From a virus (lineage: Duplodnaviria > Caudoviricetes), in the IMG/VR virus record IMGVR_UViG_3300017700_000619, positions 1-46,612 of that record: 46,612 nt of DNA, one strand, 5' to 3'. Position numbers and translations under genes: made by a program. Below the pieces are notes generated by a model that was given only the letters and a program-made list of their open reading frames with translations, searched no databases and had not been told where the DNA came from. This document shows, piece after piece, positions 16,823 through 26,632 of the stretch. Within the stretch, counting starts at the first letter, position 1. Each line of letters opens with the position of its first letter.

Positions 16823-19237
16823 CTTGGTGATGCTCGCCACCGTTAACGGCGTGGGGTCGGTTACGACGATGTAAACTGTGCCTTCCGAGTTCCAGTTGCC
16901 CTGCAAATTGATCTCGACTTCGCGGCTTCGCAGGTCGGCGGGGGTTCCCCAGTCCTCGGCTTCGCGGGCGGGGGTCTCGAACAGGCTGGTGAGATCCGGC
17001 CCTGCCTTGAACGCACCGGAGGCCAGGATGCGGACCCAGACCTTGTTGACGTTCTTGACCTGTCCCTGCCCAAAAGCCTCGGCATTCTCGACACTTACGG
17101 GCAGCGTCTCGATCTCGCGGCGCAGCGGCAGACCGATCTGGATGACGCTGGCTTCCGTCTCCAGGGAGATGGCGCCGGCGGTCACGACCTGCGCCGGCGA
17201 CACGTACCCGTCCGCGAGGATGTTAACGGTAGCACCCTCCAGGTGGCCGAGGCCGGTAACGCTGTCGGTTGCCGCGCCGTCATAGGTGACGCCGCAGTCC
17301 ACGAAGAACCCATCGACCTGACGGGTGTAGAAGCGCGGCGCCATGCACTCGATGTAGCGCACCGTGGCGTCATTGATCGTGCGCTTGACGACACAGTAGA
17401 GAATGTCCTCGTCGCCCTCGCTGACAGCGCACACGCTCTCGAACATGCCGTCCGTCTCGTGGGTGTGGAAAGCGCGCACCTCCTCGGCCGGAACGTAAGT
17501 CAGCCCAACCAACTCGCCAGTGGACGACACGCTCCAGACAGTGGGTGTGGGCGCGCGGGTGAACGTCATGTCCAGAATCGTCTTGTAGTCGAACAGGTGG
17601 GCGGCGCGGACGGAGAGGTCGGCCGACACATAGGACTGGCGGTCAAAGGAGTACCCCAGCCCGCGGATGTGACCGCCGCGCGCCGCCGCGAAAATCAGGT
17701 CGTTGTCTACAACCACAGGTTGCACATTGCTGGCGCCCGCGTAACCCGTCGCCGGCACACTCACGTTAACCGAGGTGAGGACGCCGCCAGAGCCCGAGAG
17801 GGAGAACTCGCCCGAACTGGTCAGGATGATAAGGTCGCCCAGCGGCACAAGGTGCCGGATCGTGGACGCCTCACGCGCCGCGATCTTGACAATGACGGCG
17901 TCGTTATCCCGCGGCGGGATCGAATAGTCGAGGTTGATATCGGTGCCCGACTTGGTGAGCCAGATGGCCTGGGGGAGCAGCGTCGTACCAGCGAAGGCGC
18001 GGCGCTGCTGGTAGTAGGTCACGGCGGCAGGCCAATCCGTCACGAACGGGTTCTGTAGCAGGGGCGGGGTGCGGGAGATGTCGGGCGCGATATTGTCGTC
18101 AATCAGCTCCGTGGTCGTGGTCTGGCCGATGAAGCCATAGAGCCCGCCCGAGAGCCGGTAGACGTTGCGACGGGCCGCGACGCCGAACGTGATGGTGTTG
18201 ACCGCGCCCGTATCCAGGAGCTGGTTCACCGCCGTGACGGCCGCGGACTGGCGGCCCTCGTCGGTCTGGTCCTCGGTTATCTCGGTCGCGACATAGCTAT
18301 AGGTCTGGGTCGTGCTCGGGCTCCCCGCGGGGGTGGGCGTCACGGCGGAAATCGTTGGGGTAGCCAAGCGCGTGCCGAACGTGACCACAGGCAGAACCCA
18401 GTTGGTCGCGGCATTGCGGCGCAGCTCGCGCACGTTGTATTTAGGATGCGTAAGGGTGAGCACATCGCCGCTCTGAACGTAGTGCAGGTCGGCCAGATCC
18501 AGCTCGGCGTATGGGCTCGGGATCTCGTAGACCACGCCCATCTTGTACCAGTAGCCGCCGCCTGGCCCGCTCGCGGCCGTCGCCGTGTAACCGACGTAGA
18601 ACGTGTAGGGCCGCGATACGAAGATGGGCAGGCCGAAGTCGTCGAAGCCCGTCTGCACCAGCGTGTAGCCCGTGCCTGTGATGTAGACCAGCGCGCCCGG
18701 CGTCACGACGGCAGGGATCTCCGTACCGACGTATGTGTACCCCGGAGGTGCGGTCGTATCCGAATAGTAGGTCTGCTGCCAGGTGTAGTCGACGACCGGG
18801 GCGCCCGAGCCATACTCGTGCGTCGAGGGCTGCTGGTTCACAGGCACGGCCGTTACGGCATACCAGGTGAACCCGCCCTCCGTGACAAGGTCGCCGGCGG
18901 CGTAGGTCGGCACGGCGCTCCAGGCTGACACGCCCGTGGTCGGGGTGAGCAGGGTCTGGCCGAACGAGTGGAAGCGGATGTACGCCTCCCCGAACTCCAT
19001 CGCCAGTGTCTGGGTCGAGGAGTAGCGGAAAGTGATGACGCGGGCGCGCTTGTCGGCGTTCTTGGCGGCGCGCACGAACTTGGTGCCGGGGCGACTGGCC
19101 GCGATGCCCTCGGGCAGGACGATCATGTTCTTAGCCGCGGCGAGGCCCGCGTCGCGTTTCGAGTCGTCGATGCGCCCGACCATGGCGGGCGAGACAACGC
19201 CGCCGCCAAGGGAGCGGGTGTAAAGCTTAGTCTTCAT
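16802..19237 (-). CDS. Tail tubular protein B / nozzle
   Basis: 811 aa; GG.VSP...GR.D, RPGT.FV and VTYYQQRRAFAG motifs of podovirus nozzle proteins. Confidence 0.85.
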   Translation of the reverse strand: MKTKLYTRSLGGGVVSPAMVGRIDDSKRDAGLAAAKNMIVLPEGIAASRPGTKFVRAAKNADKRARVITFRYSSTQTLAMEFGEAYIRFHSFGQTLLTPTTGVSAWSAVPTYAAGDLVTEGGFTWYAVTAVPVNQQPSTHEYGSGAPVVDYTWQQTYYSDTTAPPGYTYVGTEIPAVVTPGALVYITGTGYTLVQTGFDDFGLPIFVSRPYTFYVGYTATAASGPGGGYWYKMGVVYEIPSPYAELDLADLHYVQSGDVLTLTHPKYNVRELRRNAATNWVLPVVTFGTRLATPTISAVTPTPAGSPSTTQTYSYVATEITEDQTDEGRQSAAVTAVNQLLDTGAVNTITFGVAARRNVYRLSGGLYGFIGQTTTTELIDDNIAPDISRTPPLLQNPFVTDWPAAVTYYQQRRAFAGTTLLPQAIWLTKSGTDINLDYSIPPRDNDAVIVKIAAREASTIRHLVPLGDLIILTSSGEFSLSGSGGVLTSVNVSVPATGYAGASNVQPVVVDNDLIFAAARGGHIRGLGYSFDRQSYVSADLSVRAAHLFDYKTILDMTFTRAPTPTVWSVSSTGELVGLTYVPAEEVRAFHTHETDGMFESVCAVSEGDEDILYCVVKRTINDATVRYIECMAPRFYTRQVDGFFVDCGVTYDGAATDSVTGLGHLEGATVNILADGYVSPAQVVTAGAISLETEASVIQIGLPLRREIETLPVSVENAEAFGQGQVKNVNKVWVRILASGAFKAGPDLTSLFETPAREAEDWGTPADLRSREVEINLQGNWNSEGTVYIVVTDPTPLTVASITKEVEFGG

Positions 19238-19901
19238 CGCGGATTATCCGGGCGTCGCCGTTGTCGGGCCGGAAGTCCCGCGCGGCGATCCACGGAGGGC
19301 GCATCTGGTTGTCGGAGTAGGCGCCGCGCAGTTCACTCTGGTTGGCGTCGTCGGCCGCGTCCGAGGCGTGGAACGCCATGGCCGTCTTCATCAGGTCGGA
19401 GGCGAGCGCGCGGCCGTCCTTGCCCTTGATAAGCGGGCCGGCGACAAGCGCTGCCAGGAAGTAGCTGACGCCAAGGGCGAACATGGGCGAGAAGCGGCCC
19501 GAAGTCTCAGTGTCCTCGACGTAGCGGACGATCGCGTTCTCGACGTTGGTATAGATGACAGCGTCGTTGCCCGACATCTCGCGCGCTTCGCCAGTGTCGT
19601 CCTGGTCGTAAGTGCGATTCGGGTCGTAGACGCCGAGGATGTGAATGGATGTCGAGGGCGTGGTGTAGGCGAACAGCCACTGGTCGGGCTGCGCTGCGCC
19701 GAGGTCGAGTTCGGACAGCGCGGCGCGCTGGGTCGCAAAGGAGGGCTTGAATTTCTGCAGCGCCGAACGACGCGCGGTCGGCCAGTACATGGCGCATAGC
19801 TGCGCCTCGCGACTGGTGTAGGGCGCGGTGACAGAAGAAAGCCCCGCCTTGTCCCCAAGATGGGACAGGGCGAGGTTCCAGACTTCTAGCGTGGAGGTCA
19901 T
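19227..19901 (-). CDS. Tail tubular protein A / adaptor
   Basis: N-terminal NLALSHLG, W.FAY..P and FSPMF motifs; synteny. Confidence 0.8.
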   Translation of the reverse strand: MTSTLEVWNLALSHLGDKAGLSSVTAPYTSREAQLCAMYWPTARRSALQKFKPSFATQRAALSELDLGAAQPDQWLFAYTTPSTSIHILGVYDPNRTYDQDDTGEAREMSGNDAVIYTNVENAIVRYVEDTETSGRFSPMFALGVSYFLAALVAGPLIKGKDGRALASDLMKTAMAFHASDAADDANQSELRGAYSDNQMRPPWIAARDFRPDNGDARIIRDED

Positions 19902-19919
19902 TGCCTTAGCCTTCTAGGC

Positions 19920-20159
19920 TCAGGCGAGAGGAGCCGGAGCTGCTTTTGCGGGTGCAGGTTTGGCGGGCGCCGGAGCTGCAGCTTTCGCCGCGACCGGAGC
20001 AGGTTCAGCGATCCGCTCGAACAACGGCTTGCGCAGCGGATTTCTCGCCGTGCGCTCCTCGTCGTAGGCCAGCTTTGCTTCCGGGACGGAGATCACGGCA
20101 CCTTTGGGGTGCCGCTCTCTGCCGTCGAAGAAATCCTTAAGGAGACGTGCCTTAGGCAT
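19920..20159 (-). CDS. Small hypothetical protein with Ala/Pro/Lys-rich tail
   Basis: SD AAGGAG; lies between the cement and adaptor genes. Confidence 0.65.
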   Translation of the reverse strand: MPKARLLKDFFDGRERHPKGAVISVPEAKLAYDEERTARNPLRKPLFERIAEPAPVAAKAAAPAPAKPAPAKAAPAPLA

Positions 20160-20169
20160 CTATTGCTCC

Positions 20170-20646
20170 TTACAGTTGGATGTTGGCGTTAGGCGCATCC
20201 GGGAACGCTTTGTAGGTCGGCGGATGGCGGGTAAGGAAGGCGTTGATCTTGCCGGCGTTGAACGCGGCCGTGCCGGTGATCTGGAGGACGCCCAGATACC
20301 GCTCGTAAGTACCGATCGGCAGTTGCACGCGGCAAGCGTAAGTGCCGGCCGTCAGCGAAGCGAACGGGATCGCGGCCGTGGAGAAGTGGACGGTAGCCGA
20401 GCCATCGGTGGCGATGGCCGCTTGCGCGTCCGACACCAGTTGGAACTGGCCGGTGGCCGAACCACCGGAGCCCGCCGACGTGTCGACCTGGACCACGAAG
20501 TATAGGCCCTCCAGGTCGTTGATACCATCACCGCCGACGGGCAAGCCGCCGCCAGTGTCGATCTGGGAGCCGATCAGGTAGGTGCCGGCGGCGCCCGTAT
20601 TAAGGGCGACCGCATCGGCGAACTCAGTGCGAGAGTCGAGGATCAT
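20170..20646 (-). CDS. Capsid cement / decoration protein (Bbp16-like)
   Basis: MILD...EF start and ERYLGV...AGKINAFL motif; follows the major capsid gene. Confidence 0.8.
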   Translation of the reverse strand: MILDSRTEFADAVALNTGAAGTYLIGSQIDTGGGLPVGGDGINDLEGLYFVVQVDTSAGSGGSATGQFQLVSDAQAAIATDGSATVHFSTAAIPFASLTAGTYACRVQLPIGTYERYLGVLQITGTAAFNAGKINAFLTRHPPTYKAFPDAPNANIQL

Positions 20647-20673
20647 GGGGTTTTATCCTTGTTCTGGCGACGC

Positions 20674-21684
20674 TTACGAAGCGACGATGCCGGCTTCGTT
20701 GTTGAGGATCGCGTCGCAACGACGAACCGGGATGCCGTCGAAGGACATGACCGGCTTGCCGGCAACGCTGTCCATCGTGAGCGTGGAGTTGACCGTCTTG
20801 TTCATGATCTGGCGGCGAAGGAAGGACTTCACCCGCTTGTTCATGTAGAAGGCGAACTTGGCGTTCTTGGTCGGGACCGTCTCGGACGCTTGCGTCATGA
20901 GGTCGATCAGGTCGGCGCCCGAGGCTGCGGCCTTGGTCAGGTCTTCCGAGTTGATCTGGATACGCACAACGTAGCGCCAGTCGCGGACGGTGAGGCCGAC
21001 GTTCCACTTGTAGTGGGTGCGGTAGGCTTCCATGCGGCCGCCCGAACCGTCCACGTTCTCGATCGTGACCTGGCCCTTGTCGGTAATCTGCAGGCCCGCT
21101 TCCGTGCCCTTGGCGTAGATGCCATGGCAGGTGTTCGCGCCCCAGCCGACGAGCCAGATGGACGTGTTGTCGGTGTTATCCGGGGCGGTGCCGCCTTCCA
21201 GGATGATGTTCTCGGCATATTCCGTGCCCGAGCGCGTCGAGTAGCGCGGAGCAAAGCCGGTGATTTCTTCCGGGGCCGTGGCTTCGTTCGCGTAGAACAG
21301 CGACGCCGCCAGCTCGTGGTTCATGCCTTGGATGTGGCCCATGTCTTCCGAAGCGCGGAAGGCAGCGGTATTGCCATTCATCTCGACGAGGGCCTTGTCG
21401 ACCTCGGCGTAGGCTTCAAGCGAGCCGACCGTGTCGGCGATGCGCGCTTTGCGCGACTTCGCCGGCTGGACGCCGCCGTAGAGCTTGCGCCACGTCGGCT
21501 CGGGCAGGCCCGTGCGGATCGTGGTGACGTGCTTGTCGACGCCGTTGGCTTCAAGCCAGACCATGTCGTCGAGGACTTCGTTGTCCTGACGCAGGATCTC
21601 GATTACGGAAGCGACCTTGCCGTCAGGGTCGAGGCCCTTCTGGAGGTCGAGCAGAGTCGGATGGATGATAGACAGAGCTGCCAT
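20674..21684 (-). CDS. Major capsid protein (BPP-1/epsilon15-type HK97 fold)
   Basis: PTLLD, RTGLP.PTWR.LY.GV, DWRYVVRI and GIPVRRCDAI motifs. Confidence 0.93.
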   Translation of the reverse strand: MAALSIIHPTLLDLQKGLDPDGKVASVIEILRQDNEVLDDMVWLEANGVDKHVTTIRTGLPEPTWRKLYGGVQPAKSRKARIADTVGSLEAYAEVDKALVEMNGNTAAFRASEDMGHIQGMNHELAASLFYANEATAPEEITGFAPRYSTRSGTEYAENIILEGGTAPDNTDNTSIWLVGWGANTCHGIYAKGTEAGLQITDKGQVTIENVDGSGGRMEAYRTHYKWNVGLTVRDWRYVVRIQINSEDLTKAAASGADLIDLMTQASETVPTKNAKFAFYMNKRVKSFLRRQIMNKTVNSTLTMDSVAGKPVMSFDGIPVRRCDAILNNEAGIVAS

Positions 21685-21699
21685 GGGGAGTTGGCCCTT

Positions 21700-22377
21700 T
21701 TATTTCAGCGTTGGGGATGCGTCGTAGAAGCCTTTCGCGGACGGCTTGGCGCCGCCCGTGACGATCTTCCCGTCGTTGCTCATTGCCTTGCCGACCTTGA
21801 CGGCCCAGCGCAGGAGTTCGGGGTGGTAGCCAAGGCCGCTCTGATCGAGCAGGCTCTTGAGTTCGGGCGTCCCGAACGCCTCGAATGTCTTGTAAGCGAG
21901 CGCGCGGTTCTCCTCGAACTTCTCGCCGCCAAATTCGGTGTCCGCCATCGACTGGCTTTTCCAGCCCTCGATCGCGGAATCATTCGCCTCCTTGAGGCGG
22001 GTGTTGAAGCTCTCGGACTGCTTGAGGCCGAGGTCGACGAGGGCCTGGGCCGCCTCTTGCGGCAGCTTGTTGGCCTTCGCGTATTCCTTGACTTCCGCCA
22101 GCAGCGGGTTGTCCTTGGCGACGCCCTCGGGGAGTTTGAACTCCTCGTAAGTGATAGCTTCGGCGGCAGGGTCTACCTTGGCCGGGTCCGCGGCGGGGTC
22201 GACTACCGCGGCTGCGGGATCGACTACCGCGGCTGCGGGATCGACTACCGCGGCTGCGGGATCGACAACGGCCGCAGCCGGGTCAACAACAGCAGCGGGA
22301 TCGACGACTACAGCGGCGGCCGGGTCAGCAACGGCGGCTACAGGTTCAACCGGTGCGGTAATTGCGCTGTCCGTCAC
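21700..22377 (-). CDS. Capsid scaffolding protein with N-terminal AAAVVDP repeats
   Basis: Acidic helical protein with D.EFGG.K and GLG.HPE motifs, directly upstream of the capsid gene. Confidence 0.8.
   Translation of the reverse strand: MTDSAITAPVEPVAAVADPAAAVVVDPAAVVDPAAAVVDPAAAVVDPAAAVVDPAAAVVDPAADPAKVDPAAEAITYEEFKLPEGVAKDNPLLAEVKEYAKANKLPQEAAQALVDLGLKQSESFNTRLKEANDSAIEGWKSQSMADTEFGGEKFEENRALAYKTFEAFGTPELKSLLDQSGLGYHPELLRWAVKVGKAMSNDGKIVTGGAKPSAKGFYDASPTLK
22199..22330. repeat. 21-nt tandem repeat (three perfect copies at 22199-22261 plus degenerate copies) encoding AAAVVDP
   Basis: TCGACTACCGCGGCTGCGGGA x3. Confidence 0.9.
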
Positions 22378-22688
22378 AGTGCTTTTGCCTCCTGGCTCAT
22401 GATGAAGAACTGATGGGGGGCGTGCTCCATCGCGGCTGCGAGGGACTGCAGGCCAAGGCTGCGCTTACCTTCCTGGAAGGCGGTCAGCGTCGGCTCAACT
22501 GCAAAGGTCGTGCGATACACGCCTGCTTGCTCCAAAATGCGCCACAGGATGCGGCGCCCGCGAGCGTCGGACATAAGCCAGGTCCAGTCCTCGAACTCGT
22601 CCCGCTTGCGTTTGACCTCCACAAGGTGGTCTTGTTCTTCGCGGGACTGGTTGGCGTCGAGGTCAACCGGGTTGCGTTCTTCACTCAT
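22374..22688 (-). CDS. Bbp19-like head protein
   Basis: WLMS...GRR.LWR.LEQAG...AFQEG.RSLGL motif; between portal region and scaffold. Confidence 0.8.
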   Translation of the reverse strand: MSEERNPVDLDANQSREEQDHLVEVKRKRDEFEDWTWLMSDARGRRILWRILEQAGVYRTTFAVEPTLTAFQEGKRSLGLQSLAAAMEHAPHQFFIMSQEAKAL

Positions 22689-22696
22689 TGCGGCAG

Positions 22697-22729
22697 ATAC
22701 TAGCGCAACTTGTGGTTGCGCTCCACCAC
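22697..22729 (-). promoter_or_regulatory. Putative late promoter GTGGTGGA-N19-TAGTAT with palindromic spacer GCGCAAC-N5-GTTGCGC
   Basis: Repeated motif; ATG 8 nt downstream. Confidence 0.75.
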
Positions 22730-22742
22730 GGGGTTGCCGGAC

Positions 22743-23648
22743 CTATTGGCCACGCGTGTCGATCCAGCCGTCCATTAGAATGTCGATTCTGTGGTCGGGC
22801 GTGGATTGGCTGAATCGGTAGTAAAACTGGCCCGCAACATCGAGGACGATATCGTACTGCCCGCTCACGCGCGTGGGCGCGGTCGCGCCGGTAGCTTGCG
22901 TGTACAGGCTGAAGTTCCCGCCGCCTGGCGCGGTGTCGGGTTGGTCGCTCGCTGTGATGAGGACGGCTGTAGCGGCGTCTGGGGTGGCGTCGCTGAGCGC
23001 CGCGGACGCGCGGCAAGGCAACACAAGCCCGGTCGGCCCGTTCGCCGGGGCCTGCACGCGTGACGTGCCGGGGTTGGTGGCCGCTACCAGGGTTTTTTGA
23101 ACGGACAGTTCGAAGTAATCGCCGCGCTGTTTGAAGGCCAGCAGCGTGCCGCCTACGCGCCACGCAATACCAATCCTGCGGAAATAGGTGTAACCGGACG
23201 GCATGGTCGGTGCGGTCGGACTGACGTCGAACCCGTAGTCCACCGAACCGTCGCTGTCCTTGAGGATGGCGAACACGAAATAGGTCGTGTTGGCGATCGC
23301 CGCCGCGGACAACCGGCCGCCTGCGTTGGTGCCGGCCGCCCAGGCTGCGTCGAGCTGCTTGGTCATGGCGCCGCCGACCAGGAGGCGGACGCCCGTGGAA
23401 TCGGAGCACACGCCGGCCGCGACATCGAAATCGTTGGTGGCGTCAGTGCCGTTGGCCAGCGTCATGCCAAACAACTGACCCTTGTTGGCCGTCAGCGCGG
23501 ACGCGGGGTAGTTGCTCTGGGGCTGGGTCGTGGAGAACGAGTAGTAATGTTCGGTGCCATCAGCCTGGCGGATGCCGACCACGCGCGGCGGCGTGAATGA
23601 GTCGTCCAGAAGGTAGGCGGTGCCCTCGGCGGATGCGCGGATGGTCAT
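22743..23648 (-). CDS. Putative virion fibre / decoration protein
   Basis: 301 aa, beta-rich; LDAAWAAGTNAGG and PSGYTYFRRIG segments resemble tail-fibre modules. Confidence 0.6.
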   Translation of the reverse strand: MTIRASAEGTAYLLDDSFTPPRVVGIRQADGTEHYYSFSTTQPQSNYPASALTANKGQLFGMTLANGTDATNDFDVAAGVCSDSTGVRLLVGGAMTKQLDAAWAAGTNAGGRLSAAAIANTTYFVFAILKDSDGSVDYGFDVSPTAPTMPSGYTYFRRIGIAWRVGGTLLAFKQRGDYFELSVQKTLVAATNPGTSRVQAPANGPTGLVLPCRASAALSDATPDAATAVLITASDQPDTAPGGGNFSLYTQATGATAPTRVSGQYDIVLDVAGQFYYRFSQSTPDHRIDILMDGWIDTRGQ

Positions 23649-23660
23649 GACGTGGTGTCC

Positions 23661-23951
23661 TTATTTCGCCGGGATTACGCAGAGATTGCCGCCCGCGGCA
23701 GACTGAATGGCCGATATCGTCTGCCCCGGTACGATCTGCACAGCGAGCGGAACGCCAGGGTTGAGAACGAAGGAGCCAGCGCCTACTGTCGCGGTAGCGC
23801 CAACGCACACATACGCCAGCGTCGAGACAGAGATCAGCACCTCGTCCACATCGTTTCCGAATGCGGTAACGGCGCCGGCGGTGCCGGTGTACGCCGCCAG
23901 TTTGCCGGCGGCGAAATCGTAGCGGCGCGTGTTGTTGACGGCTTGCGCCAT
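23661..23951 (-). CDS. Small beta-rich virion-associated protein
   Basis: 96 aa; SD GGAG; directly downstream of the portal. Confidence 0.65.
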   Translation of the reverse strand: MAQAVNNTRRYDFAAGKLAAYTGTAGAVTAFGNDVDEVLISVSTLAYVCVGATATVGAGSFVLNPGVPLAVQIVPGQTISAIQSAAGGNLCVIPAK

Positions 23952-23954
23952 GGT

Positions 23955-25655
23955 TTAGACTCCTGCAGCGGGGGCGCTGTAGCCCGAGAATTGGTTGAGC
24001 ATGTCGGACGCCATATTCGGCTCGCCAGTCTTGACCGTGCCGAGCGATTGCGCGGCCTTGGCTTCGACAGCGGCCTGTTCGGCGGCGGCGGCTTTCGCCA
24101 TGGCCTGGGCGCGTTGTCCGCGGACCATGGCGACCTTGTCGTCTGAGACGATCAATTCAGGGTCCACGCCCATGATATCGGCGTAGTGGTCGACCCACTT
24201 GTCCGCGTCGAACTTGTCGGTAACGTCGGGCTTGAAACCGGCGACAATGCCAATGTTGGCGACGAGGCGGTCAATGCTGTTAACGCCGATCGCACGCTGG
24301 GCCTGGGCCAGCGTCGAGACGAACTCGACATTGAGGTCCTGACCCTGCATCTCCTTGGGAGGCGGGGGCAACATGCCCGTGCTCACCATGCGTTGGAACG
24401 TGTTTTCAACCAACGGGGTGAGCAGCTCGTTGTGCAAGCGCTCCAGCACCGGGCCGAGCTGAACCAGCTTCTCCTCGTGGCGCTCGGCCACTTCGGTTGC
24501 GGTCATCTGCGACTTGTCGGCGTTCGCCAGCATCAGGAACAGGTTGGAATACATGCCGTCGCCGATGCGCTCGCGGACATCGCGGATGTCCTCGCCCAGG
24601 TGCGACAGGTTGAGGTTGACATCGAACATGGTGCGGGCGGCGTTGCCCGTGCCGGTCTGGTCGAAATATGTAATGCCGCCCGGCAGGTAGGCCCGGTCCT
24701 GACCCTTGGCGGCGATGGGGAGTTGCAGCGGGGGCTTGGTCTGGTAGTCGATCGCGTTGCCCTTGCGCAGTTGCTGGTGCTGCAACTGGCGTGCGTCGCC
24801 GAGGCAGTCCATGGCAGGGCTTGAGCCGTAGATGTCGCCGCCCGTGCGCGACCAGCGGGGGCACAGGCCGGTGAAGGTGTCGCTGCCCGAGTTGCGCAGA
24901 TAGTTCTCGTCGCCGTTCTCGCGGCCGATCTCCAGATAGCACGACTTGTAAGCCTTCTGGCTCTGGTGCTTGCTGGATCGATCGCGCTCAAGGCGCGGCT
25001 CGATGATGTGCAGGACAGGCACCCAGGCGTCGTAGGTGCCGGCGTCGTAGAGGCGCTTGACCGTTTGCGAGCAGTTCTCATAGCCGAACTCGCCGACCAT
25101 CTCGGCGACCGTCTTCTCGAACTCGCGGTAGATCGTATTGACATTGCCGCGGTAGTCGGAAGCCAGCGCATACTCGCCCGTGGGCGAGTTGTAGTGGTGA
25201 ATCACCTTGTCGAAGTCGTCCATGGTGATGGCGGCATGCGAGCCGAACACGCCCAGCTCCTCGTAGAGCTGGTGCAGCATGGGGTAGGTGTTGGAGCGCG
25301 CGAAGACGTGGAGCTGGATGCGTTGCGCATCAGCCAGCCATTCCTTGACCGGCGCGTATTCCATCAGGTCTTCATCGGGCGTGGCGAGGCGGAACCACGG
25401 TCGGGCCGGGCTTGTGGCGCCTGACATCATGCCGGCGCCGAGGATGCGGACGGAGCGAATAGGCGTGTTGTCAAGGATGTTGTTGTGGCGCTTGTCGCCA
25501 CGGTTGCGATCCGACGGCGAGAAGCGGCCAGCGCGCGGCAGGAAGTGGTCGCCCAGATCCCGCCAGTGAGTGGTCCAGGACGAGCGTTCGGTCTGCATCG
25601 CTGACCAGCGTTGCAGTTCCTTCATGCGCCCGGTGAGGTTGGAGGTTTGCGCCAT
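23955..25655 (-). CDS. Portal (head-tail connector), Bbp21-like
   Basis: SPARPWFRL, YG.SPAM, MTATEVAERHEEKL.LGPVLERL motifs. Confidence 0.93.
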   Translation of the reverse strand: MAQTSNLTGRMKELQRWSAMQTERSSWTTHWRDLGDHFLPRAGRFSPSDRNRGDKRHNNILDNTPIRSVRILGAGMMSGATSPARPWFRLATPDEDLMEYAPVKEWLADAQRIQLHVFARSNTYPMLHQLYEELGVFGSHAAITMDDFDKVIHHYNSPTGEYALASDYRGNVNTIYREFEKTVAEMVGEFGYENCSQTVKRLYDAGTYDAWVPVLHIIEPRLERDRSSKHQSQKAYKSCYLEIGRENGDENYLRNSGSDTFTGLCPRWSRTGGDIYGSSPAMDCLGDARQLQHQQLRKGNAIDYQTKPPLQLPIAAKGQDRAYLPGGITYFDQTGTGNAARTMFDVNLNLSHLGEDIRDVRERIGDGMYSNLFLMLANADKSQMTATEVAERHEEKLVQLGPVLERLHNELLTPLVENTFQRMVSTGMLPPPPKEMQGQDLNVEFVSTLAQAQRAIGVNSIDRLVANIGIVAGFKPDVTDKFDADKWVDHYADIMGVDPELIVSDDKVAMVRGQRAQAMAKAAAAEQAAVEAKAAQSLGTVKTGEPNMASDMLNQFSGYSAPAAGV

Positions 25656-25960
25656 CACGTGCCCAGCTTTGTCGAACGGCCCAGCATGCCGGCGCTGACC
25701 GGCGCCCCGCCTGCACCCGTCAGGAAGGTTGAGCCCGCCCCCTGGCCGCCTTGCGCCGCGTTGCGCGTCATCAGCGCGGCGACGTTGGGGGCCTTGGGGT
25801 TGGCCTTGTTGAATGCTTGGTCTTGTTGTTGGGCCGCGAGCTTGGCGTCAGCCACGGCCTGGTTGCCGGCTTTCTTCTGGGCCGAACGCGCTTTCTCGCC
25901 CGCATAGATCGAGTAGCCCGTACTGGCGACGGCTGCGGTGGCGAGTGCAGTAATCGCCAT
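25655..25960 (-). CDS. Small virion protein upstream of the portal
   Basis: Start at ATG 25960; C-terminal STFLTG...LG pattern typical at this position. Confidence 0.7.
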   Translation of the reverse strand: MAITALATAAVASTGYSIYAGEKARSAQKKAGNQAVADAKLAAQQQDQAFNKANPKAPNVAALMTRNAAQGGQGAGSTFLTGAGGAPVSAGMLGRSTKLGT

Positions 25961-26418
25961 TACCGGATGACCTTGCTGTAGATTATGTCCTGCACCTCGA
26001 ACTCGGGCGCCGCCTTGAGCATGCGGTCGAGGGCTGTGCCCTGCTTGGCGTGCAACAGGAACATCTTGCACCCGTCGTTGCGCGCGTTGATCTCGGTGGC
26101 GTTGAGGAGATGCCGGCCGCCGCCTTCCTGGCGGTAGCTGGACGAGACGAAAATAACGTCGTTCTGGCAGATTTTGAGCGGCCCGTAGTGCAGGCTCTGG
26201 GAAATCAGGTTGATGCTGTAGCCGACGATCCCCGCGTCAGGGTGTTCGAGGATGATCGAGAGCAGACGGCCCTCGTCCTCCAAGCGCTTGTAAGTCTCGA
26301 TCTGAGGCTCCAGCGGCATGATGTCGGGATGCGTCGCGAGCTCGCGCCTGTGCGCCTCCAGCAACGGCCAGATCGCCTGGACATACTCGGTGATGTTGAC
26401 AACGCGCGTGGTGAGCAT
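25960..26418 (-). CDS. GNAT-family acetyltransferase-like protein
   Basis: IVGY and NDVIFV...YRQEGGGRHL acetyl-CoA binding motif; leaderless start at 26418. Confidence 0.75.
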   Translation of the reverse strand: MLTTRVVNITEYVQAIWPLLEAHRRELATHPDIMPLEPQIETYKRLEDEGRLLSIILEHPDAGIVGYSINLISQSLHYGPLKICQNDVIFVSSSYRQEGGGRHLLNATEINARNDGCKMFLLHAKQGTALDRMLKAAPEFEVQDIIYSKVIR

Positions 26419-26425
26419 GGCGCGC

Positions 26426-26458
26426 AGCATAGCGCAACGTAGAGTTGCGCTCCACCAC
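26426..26458 (-). promoter_or_regulatory. Putative late promoter GTGGTGGA-N19-TATGCT with palindromic spacer GCGCAAC-N5-GTTGCGC, leaderless
   Basis: Repeated motif; ATG 7 nt downstream. Confidence 0.78.
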
Positions 26459-26477
26459 GCTAGGTTGTTAGGCAGGC

Positions 26478-26504
26478 CGGGCGGCTTTCGGGGCCGCCCG
26501 TTTT
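26478..26504. terminator. Hairpin terminator
   Basis: CGGGCGGC...GCCGCCCG followed by TTTT on the plus strand. Confidence 0.65.
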
Positions 26505-26632
26505 GTCTTACCTAAGCGCCGCCACGGGTGTGGATTAGCCCGCCGCTACTCTCCGGCTTTAACGGCAACGAACCGGGGCCAACGATGCACCACTTAAAGC
26601 AGTGGCTTTCGCCCCAGTTGAGGGGGCTTATA

